The notes under the pieces were generated by a model, which saw only the letters and a program-made list of their open reading frames with translations, was not told where the DNA came from and did no database searches. This document shows positions 54,608-64,000 of a DNA stretch of 64,000 nt, in pieces; positions within the stretch are counted from its first letter, which is position 1; every line of letters begins with the position of its first letter. The position numbers and the translations under genes were made by a program. The stretch covers positions 29,078,001 through 29,142,000 of the forward strand of contig OZ024751.1 of the NCBI GenBank assembly GCA_964016885.1, given 5' to 3'. The stretch is from Eledone cirrhosa. Taxonomy: Eukaryota.

Positions 54608-54641
54608 GTCGACATTTCGGGCATAAGTCCTTCATCAGGAG
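54608..54641 (-). ncRNA. Minimal hammerhead motif (partly decayed) in a PLE-like repeat ~54530-54712
   Basis: - strand: ctc-CTGATGA-A-GGAC ttat GCCC-GAAA-tg-TC-gac; same family as 60.9 kb. Confidence 0.6.
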
Positions 54642-54724
54642 AATGGTGGGAAGGAGAAGAGTTCCGAGAGGGTGTGAGGAGGGAGTGGTGGAAAAACATT
54701 AAAATAACAAATATATATATATAT

Positions 54725-54924
54725 ACTGAGTCAGCTGAAAAGTTCATATGCTGACCAAGATACTCTCATGGAATGACCAAATGAGGTTTGTTCTTCAACG
54801 TAGTCCCTGGAAAGAAACAATACAGATATTAATAAGAAGATTTAAAATTAATGCATTCAAGATATCACAGCTCTAGCATCTCTTATTTAGAGTCAGCCTA
54901 TGAAGCTTTCAGTCAACCCTTGTA
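54725..54924. mobile_element. mariner-type MITE; a second left end lies at ~55040-55113
   Basis: ctgaaaagttcata.gctgac ... gtcagcctatgaagctttcagtcaacccttg-TA. Confidence 0.65.
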
Positions 54925-54967
54925 TATATATACATCTCAGTATGGTGAACTAATGTTGTGTTACTAC

Positions 54968-55040
<73 letters not shown>

Positions 55041-55417
55041 CAATGGTTGGCTGAAAAGTTCCTAGGCTGACCAAGATACTCTTATGTGTAGTGACTAAAT
55101 GAGATTTGTTCTTGTGATTGAAAGAGAGAGATGTAGTGAGAGTGAGAGATATATAGTGATAGAGAGTGAGATGTAGTGAGTGAGTGAGAGAGTGAGAGAG
55201 AGTGTGAGAAAGAAAGATTTGTAGCGAGAGAGAAGGAGAGAGTGAGTGTGTGAAAGAAGAATAGAGAGGTGGAAGGTGGTAGGTAGTGGTGGTGTTGGTA
55301 ATGATGGTAGTGGTGTCAGTGGTGGGGGTAAAGCATTGGAAGGAGAGAAGGAAAGAAGGAAGTTGTGTTATGATTGAGAGGGAGAGAGAGGGTGAGAGAG
55401 AGAGAGAGAGAGAGAGA

Positions 55418-55463
<46 letters not shown>

Positions 55464-55566
55464 AATAGATGGAGAGAGGTGGCCTGATAGATAGGTGGTG
55501 GTGGTGGTGTTTGGAAAACATTGGAAGGAAAGGAAGTTGTGATTGAGAGAGAGAGAGACATAGAGA

Positions 55567-55606
<40 letters not shown>

Positions 55607-56058
55607 TCTGATAGATAGGTGGTGGAGGTGGTGGTGGTCATTGGAAAACATTGGAAGAAAAGAGGAGTGTTGTGATTGAGAGAGAGAGCTGGTCAGGTAG
55701 ATAGGTGGCGGTGGTGGTGGGGGTGGTCTTGACGATGGTGGTGGTGGTGGTGGTGTTGGTGGTTGGAAAACATAGGAAGAAAAGGAAGTTGTTCTGATTG
55801 AGAGAGAGAGAGAGAGCTGGTCAGGTAGATAGGTGGTGGTGGTGGTGGTGGTGGTGGGGGTGATGTTGTTTTTGATGGTGGTGTTGGTGGTGTTTGGAAA
55901 GCATTGGGAGGAAGAAAGGAAGGAAAAAAAGAAGGAAGTTATGTTGTGTTGTGAGTCAGAGACCTGTGACAGGTGTTAATGTTACTGATGACTCATTGAT
56001 GGGCTACTCAGGTAATACATACACTGTGTGTTTATGTGTGTGTATATATGTATGTGTC

Positions 56059-56124
<66 letters not shown>

Positions 56125-56190
56125 GAGAAACCAATGTTACAGACACTCGGCAATCCATGTTTACAAACACAGGTATATGTTATCTTTTCT

Positions 56191-56258
<68 letters not shown>

Positions 56259-56261
56259 GTA

Positions 56262-56303
<42 letters not shown>

Positions 56304-56576
56304 CTGTATATATATGAATGTGTATATCTCCCAGGTATATACATACCTGAGGAGATATACACATTCATGAAGTAGCACCTCAATGAGAGTATGTGTATGT
56401 ATGTATAATATATATGAATGTTTGGTTGACTTATGAAGCACTGGTAAATTTGAAATTTATCCCCATAATGCAGCTAACTATAGAAATAGTTAAGTAAATT
56501 GTGTGAAGTAATTCTGGAGATAGAAAAAGATTTACTCAACCACTATTTATAGTTAATTGCATTGTGGCAGTTATAT

Positions 56577-56625
<49 letters not shown>

Positions 56626-56772
56626 GGGCATCGAGCCATAGAAGACCTGCCAGGGACAGTTCTGTACGAGCGAGACACGGTCACCCGACCAATCCCGCAT
56701 CAAATGGAACAAAACCGTCTAACCCATGATAGCGTGGAAGATGGATGTTAAACGATGATGATGATATATATA

Positions 56773-56818
<46 letters not shown>

Positions 56819-56869
56819 AAACTATATAGATATATTGATTAACTTTTAAGTGATTGATCTTACCACCAC

Positions 56870-57092
56870 AGACATGCTCACCCTTAACAGAGTTCTCAGG
56901 GAGATTCAGCATTATACAATGTGTGACATGGCTGGCACTTTGAATTACAGGTACAACTCATTTTTAGTTGTTGAATGGACTAGAGCAACCTGAAGTAAAG
57001 TGTCTTGCTCAAGGACACAATGACCTATCAGATCTGGGAATCGAACTCAGAACCTTTCGCTGGTGAACCCAGCACATTAACACTATACCACA
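56870..57092 (-). mobile_element. Older CORE SINE
   Basis: gtgtcttgctcaaggacacaa...gggaatcgaactc. Confidence 0.65.
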
Positions 57093-57144
57093 TTTACTCC
57101 CTCTATGTGTGTATAGGTGGATGGATGTGTGTATCATTTCATTT

Positions 57145-57479
57145 TCATCATCATTTCATTTTACGTCCACTTTTTCCCTGCTTGCAAGGGTGCGACGGGA
57201 ACTGATGCTGGCTTGATTTCTACAGCTGGATGCCCTTCCTAACATGAACCTCATTTACAGTGAGTGCTGGGTGCTTTTTTGCCGTGGCACCTCCACGACC
57301 ACTTTGCAGTGGAATGATAGGGACCCCAGTCCCTATCATCTCATTTCTACAGCTGAGTAAACTGGAGCAATGTGAAATAAAGTGTCTTGCTCAAGGAAAC
57401 AACACATCACCCGGTCTGAGAATTGAACTCACAACCTTTCGATTGCAAGGCCAATGCTCTAACCACTAAGCCATGTGCC
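57145..57479 (-). mobile_element. SINE family A, full length
   Basis: As other family A copies. Confidence 0.9.
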
Positions 57480-57797
57480 ATGTATGTGTATATATATACA
57501 TGTTTGTACACATCCTCGCACACATAGCACATATAGAGGTAGATCAAGGAAGACCTGAAAGGAAGAGGTGAAAACTGTTCTCAAATATCAGAGACTCACA
57601 GAGGACATGATGAAGGACCTGTGCTGAATAGGACCTGTGCAACCCATGCAAGCTTGGAGATATGGATGTAAAAACAATGATGATGATGTTGATGATATAT
57701 ATATGCAGAAGTTATATTTAATTTGTTGGGATTCAACAAGCTTCAAAGTTTTATAACTGTTATAAAGCACTCAACAGCTTACTGGAGTAAATATATT

Positions 57798-58127
57798 CAA
57801 TATATTAATAAATGGAAACTATATTTATAAAACCATAATTATTTTATTATATATATTTCAAGGGCAGTTTTGGTGCGCTTTCATCAGATAAAATACAAAA
57901 TTTGTTTTATAAATGTTGACATACCCTTAGAAAAACAACTTTGACGGTTGAAGGTTCACTGGATAGTGAACCTTCAACCGTCAAGGTTGTTTTTCTAAGG
58001 GTATGTCAACATTTATAAAACAAATTTTGTATTTTATCTGATGAAAGCGCACCAAAACTGCCCTTGAAATATATATAATAAAATAATTATGGTTTTATAA
58101 ATATAGTTTCCATTTATTAATATATTG
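57798..58127. repeat. 330-bp near-perfect palindrome (163-bp arms, 4-nt loop GGAT, one mismatch)
   Basis: 57798-57960 versus 57965-58127; only T57940:G57985 is non-Watson-Crick. Confidence 0.95.
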
Positions 58128-58272
58128 TATATATATACATATATATATAAATATATAAATATATTTATTAAAATATATATAAATATATAAATATATTTAT
58201 TAAAATATATACATATATATATATATAAATATATTAAAATATATACATATATATATATATAAATATATTAAA

Positions 58273-58305
<33 letters not shown>

Positions 58306-58439
58306 AATAATCATCATTATTTAACGTCCATTTTCCATGCTAGGATGGGTAACCATGTCTTGCTCATACAGAACTATTTCTGGCTAGGTTTCTGTGGCCG
58401 GATGCCATTCCTAATATATATATATATCATTATCATTAT

Positions 58440-58711
<272 letters not shown>

Positions 58712-58713
58712 TA

Positions 58714-58901
58714 GATAGGGTGTGGTAAGATACCAGGTAGACCATAACCCACCAGAGTACTCAATACTTGGGGTAGTAGGGTGGGTAATATGAAAAGATT
58801 CAGGACCCCGACAGCTGAGCTCCGACCGTTTCGACAGCTAGATCAGTTCAGATCTAGCTATCGAAATGGCAGGAGCTCAGCTGTCGGGGTCCTGAATCTT
58901 T
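58714..58901 (+). mobile_element. PLE-like hairpin element family H (51-bp arms, 6-nt loop)
   Basis: 58794-58844 versus 58851-58901; same left extension as 42058. Confidence 0.8.
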
Positions 58902-59574
58902 GCACACACACACACAAACAGACGCATACACATGTACCTGAGGAATAAAGTGAAATACACCTGTGACAGTATAGGTAGAAGAATGGATCTGTGTGTATGT
59001 ACATGAATTCCATTTATATAGTCTGATGAGATACATGATGAAATCATGTATAACTACACACCTGTGTGTGTGTACGTGTGTGTGTGTGTAGGGGGGGGGG
59101 GTGTGTGTGTGCATGTGTTTGTGAGTTTCTGAACATGTGTGTACCTTTGTTTGTAAGGTTGTGTACGTGTGTGTGTGTGTGTGGGTTTGTGTGCCTGTGT
59201 TTGAGTGTCTGTGAACACGTGTGTGCCTGTGTTTGTGTGGTTGTGTACGTACGTGTGTGTGTGGGGTGGGTGGTGGGGGGGGGGGTGAGTGTGTGTGTGT
59301 GGGGGGGGGGTGAGTGTGTGTGTGGGCGTGCTTACGTTTGTGTGTTTGAGAAGGTTTGTGTGGTTGTGTACATGTGTGTGTATGCCTGTGTTTGTTTGTT
59401 TGTGAACACGTGTGTGTTTGTGTGCCTGTGTGTGTGTGTGTGGGGGGGAGGGTGTGGGGTGGGGGGGGGGGTGTGTGTGACTGACCGATAAGGAAAACAA
59501 CATTTTGACATTTTATGTGAAAATTCTGACAAATCTTACAGTCACATGATATATATACACATGCATCTCTCTCT

Positions 59575-60048
59575 CATGATGGTGATGATGATGGTGATGA
59601 TGGTGTTGATGGTGATGATAGTGATGGTGATGATAGTGATGGTGATGATGATGATGGTGATGATGATGGTGATGATGGTGTTGATGGTGATGATAGTGAT
59701 GGAAGTGATGATTGTGATTGTGATTATGATGATGATGATAGTCATGCATGATAGTGATGGGGATAGCAATGATGATGATAGTGATGATTGTGATTGTGAT
59801 AGTGATGGGGATAGCAATGATGATAGTGATGATGGTGATGATAATGGTGATGATGATAGTCATGGTGGTGGTGGTGGTGGTGGTGATGATGATAATGATA
59901 ATGATGATGATAGTCATGGTGGTGGTTGTGATGATGATAATGGTGATGATAGTGATGGTGGTGGTGGTGGTAACGCAAGTGATGATGTTGATGGAAGTGA
60001 TGATGTTAATGATGTATCTAGCAACGATGATGGCAGTGATGATGATGT
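59575..60048. repeat. (GAT/GGT)n repeat
   Basis: Directly visible. Confidence 0.88.
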
Positions 60049-60230
60049 ATAAGTAAGAAGCAGCAGCGCCATGTTGAGGAGAAACTGGGTGTAGAAGCCA
60101 GTGAGGCGTATCAGCCATAAGCAGTGGTGTGTGAGGCAATATTTAGTACACTGCCCAGTCAACTAGCACTGCATTCAATCTATTAGAGACGATTTACATA
60201 CAATTTCTCTGTGTCTGTAACCTGTGTCTG

Positions 60231-60291
<61 letters not shown>

Positions 60292-60442
60292 ATATATATA
60301 TGTGTGTGTATATATATATGTGTGTATATATATATGTGTGTGTATATATATATATGTGTGTGTGTGTGTATATATGTGTGTGTCTATATCATCATCATCT
60401 TCGTTTAACGTCCACTTTCCACGCTAGCATGGGTTAGACGGG

Positions 60443-60506
<64 letters not shown>

Positions 60507-60622
60507 GAATATATGTGTGTGTATATATATATGAATATATATATGTGTGTGTATATATATTCACATACATACATGTAAAAATACATATATATATATAAAA
60601 CATACATGTAAAAATACATGCA

Positions 60623-60659
<37 letters not shown>

Positions 60660-60693
60660 ATATATATATTTATATATGTATTATATATATATA

Positions 60694-60726
<33 letters not shown>

Positions 60727-60777
60727 GTGTATATATATATGTATATATATACATATATATATGTGTGTGTATATATA

Positions 60778-60851
<74 letters not shown>

Positions 60852-60936
60852 AAACTTAGACGGGGACAAAAACAGGGAGACAGTACAAATAAGAGTTTAT
60901 TCGGTTCACGCTTTTGAGAGTGGGTTGGGGGGGGGG

Positions 60937-60970
60937 AACGACGTTTCGGGCATAAGCCCTTCATCAGGAG
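60937..60970 (-). ncRNA. Minimal hammerhead motif in a PLE-like repeat ~60848-61330
   Basis: - strand: ctc-CTGATGA-A-GGGC ttat GCCC-GAAA-CG-TC-g; core and stem II perfect, stem I weak. Confidence 0.65.
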
Positions 60971-61440
60971 AAAAGTGGGGGAGTGGTGGAAAGACATTTA
61001 GAAAAAAGAGGGGGAGGGAGGAAAAACGATTGAAGAAGTACAAATAAAAATATAAATAAACAAGTGGTGGAAGGGTGTGAGGCATGTAGGGGTGGTGGCG
61101 GGTGGAGTTGTGAGAGGGAGGTGGGGGTTCCGAGCGGGGAGGCCTGAAGGTGGTGTTTGTGTAGGTGTACTTGTGTGTGCGTGTGTGTATGAGAATGTGA
61201 GAGTTGGGGGAAGAACGAGTTTCCATGTTCAGGAAAAGGTGTGTGTGTGTGGGGTGGGGTGTAAGTCGGTGTGTGGATGGATAGGGGTGGGGGAGGTGGG
61301 TGTGTGTGGATTCCGCAGGCTGAGTGTGTATAAATATACTCTACACTCTCATCCACATTTATGCATTTGTATCAATGTGCGTATATATATATATATATAT
61401 ATACACATATATATATATATATATATGTGTATATATATAT

Positions 61441-61489
<49 letters not shown>

Positions 61490-61508
61490 TATATGTATAT
61501 ATATATAT

Positions 61509-61558
<50 letters not shown>

Positions 61559-61587
61559 ATATATATATATATACATATATGTGTGTG

Positions 61588-61728
<141 letters not shown>

Positions 61729-62369
61729 GCATATATATATATATATACACATATATAGCAGTAAATAAAGTATTATGAGTTCATGCAATTGACTTGTGTT
61801 TCATCTCTAAATATATATATATACATATGTATATATACATATATGTATATATATATATACATCTCTCTCTTGCATCTCCCCCCCTCTCTATCTATCTGTA
61901 TATAGATAGATATATAGATAGATAGAGAGAGTTTTCTAAAGAAGAGATCGGGGTGGGGGGGGGGGAAGCGCTCTGTTATGCACAGAACCAAAATATGTTA
62001 TATGAATAAAATCTCAAAACAAATGCATTCTACCCATACACACACACACACATTAGATTGTGGCCATGCTGGGTCACTACCTTGACCTTGAAGGGAATTA
62101 GTCAACCAGATTTGACCCCCGGTACCTGTTATTATTCTTAGTTGCCAAAAAAATGGTTAATCTTTACTACATACATTAAGTACTTATATCTTTGACACAT
62201 GCATCCTAACACTCATGCGCAGGTGTACATCCACATAAACACATGTACATCTTAACACATGTGCACACATGTGCCTCCTAACACATGCACACATGCACAT
62301 TAACACGTGTTTTCTAAAACATTTATGTACACACACACATGCACATGTCTGTGTGTGTTTGTGTGTGTG

Positions 62370-62520
62370 TCATCATCGTTTAACATCTATTTTCCACGCT
62401 AGCAAGTGTAGGACAGGTTATCCCTTTGTGATAGATCAGGTTGGAGGACTGTGTTTCGCTCACACAGGGCTTGGTTTCTATGGTGGGATGCCCTTCCTAA
62501 TGCCAACCATATTTGCAATG
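62370..62520 (-). mobile_element. SINE 3' tail leading into the tandem array
   Basis: catcatcgtttaac...ggatgcccttcctaatgccaacc. Confidence 0.75.
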
Positions 62521-63427
62521 TATACTGGGTGCTTTTTTGTTGACACCTACACGACCACTCTACAGTGTGGACTGGGTACGTTTTGTTGACACCTACATGA
62601 CCACTCTACAGTGTGTACTGGGTAAGTTTTGTGACACCTACACGACCACTTTACAGTGTGGACTGGATACTTTTTGTTGACACCTACACGACCACTCTAC
62701 AGTGTGTACTGGGTACGTTTTGTTGTGACACCTACACGACCACTTTACAGTGTGGACTGGGTACATTTTGTTGACACCTACACGACCACTACAGTGTGTA
62801 CTGGGTACGTTTTGTTGTGACATCTACACGACCACTTTACAGTGTGGACTGGGTAAGTTTTGTTGACACCTACACGACCACTTTACAGTGTGGACTGGGT
62901 ACGTTTTGTTGACACCTACACGACCACTCTACAGTGTGGACTGGGTACATTTTGTTGACACCTACACGACCACTTTACAGTGTGTACTGGGTACGTTTTG
63001 TTGTGACATCTACACGACCACTCTACAGTGTGGACTGGGTAAGTTTTGTTGACACCTACACGACCACTTTACAGTGTGTACTGGGTACGTTTTGTTGTGA
63101 CATCTACACGACCACTCTACAGTGTGGACTGGGTAAGTTTTGTTGACACCTACACGACCACTTTACAGTGTGGACTGGGTACATTTTGTTGACACCTACA
63201 CGACCACTTTACAGTGTGGACTGGGTACGTTTTGTTGACACCTACACGACCACTCTACAGTGTGGACTGGGTACGTTTTGTTGACACCTACATGACCACT
63301 TTACAGTGTGTACTGGGTACGTTTTGTTGACACCTACACGACCACTTTATAGTGTGGACTGGGTACTTTTTGTTGACACCTACACGACCACTCTACAGTG
63401 TGGACTGGATACTTTTGTCTTGACACA
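62512..63427. repeat. 46-bp tandem array (~19-20 units) derived from a SINE internal module
   Basis: Unit GACACCTACACGACCACTTTACAGTGTGGACTGGGTACGTTTTGTT, with 44-48-bp variants. Confidence 0.93.
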
Positions 63428-64000
63428 TGCTTATATGTGTATGTATACTGGACATAACCAAACAGTACACTTATATACACACAGACAGACAAATACAGGT
63501 GTATATTAGGATATAGCAGCATTGATGGTGGCGTTGGTGGTGGTGGTGTTGGTGGTTGTGATGGTATTGTTGGCAGCGGTGGTGGTTGTGATGGTGATGT
63601 CAATGGCAGAGGCTTAAGGTAGCATTGATAATAGTGGTGTTGTTGTTGTTGGTGGTTGTAATGGTGGTTGTGATAATTGTGTTGGTAGCGGTGGTGGTTG
63701 TGATGGTGGTCATTGTGATGTTGGTGGTGGGGATGGGGATGGTTTTTGATGTTGTTGTTGGCGATGGTTGTGATGGTTGTGGTGTTGGTGGTGACATTGT
63801 TGGTCTCTTCTGTAACTAGAATAGAAAGGTTATCGTTTCCTTACACTCCATGCCAGAGATCCTCTCATATTCTATTGAAACTGGAGATAACAGTTCAGTT
63901 CCAAACAGCTTCACAGTGGGGTATTGGGGAATACTGACATGGCAGCTATCTCTCTCTCAGTCTCCCTCTCTCTCTCTCTCTCTGTATATAATATATATTG

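Noticed and set aside
59022-59052. CTGATGA...GAAA as a hammerhead
   Set aside because: No stem II between the motifs and no stem I
62512-63427. CRISPR-like regular array
   Set aside because: Units are wholly repeated with no unique spacers, derive from a SINE module, and there are no cas genes; eukaryotic context

Overview
AT-rich, extremely microsatellite-dense eukaryotic DNA. The (TA)n/(CA)n/(CCA)n/(ATG)n load and the tRNA-derived SINE families point to a coleoid cephalopod, probably an octopus (inference). No intact cellular protein-coding gene is visible. The ORF track consists of simple-repeat translations, antisense SINE readings and transposon remnants (RTE LINEs, a CR1-type endonuclease fragment, a DD37D/maT transposon, piggyBac- and mariner-type MITEs). 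The window looks like part of a very large intron. Two signals stand out. (1) A textbook recursive-splice-site architecture on the + strand at 36,679-36,797: branch point, polypyrimidine tract, CAG|GTAAGT, a 76-nt cryptic exon with stops in all three frames, then GTGAGT. (2) A dense set of Penelope-like (PLE) remnants carrying type I hammerhead-ribozyme motifs. Several are fold-back palindromes (42.1, 47.9-48.9, 52.2, 57.8-58.1 and 58.8 kb) that would form long dsRNA hairpins in any read-through transcript. One family has its hairpin apex at what appears to be ribozyme stem II. Coordinates of degenerate repeats are approximate, and no database search was run.
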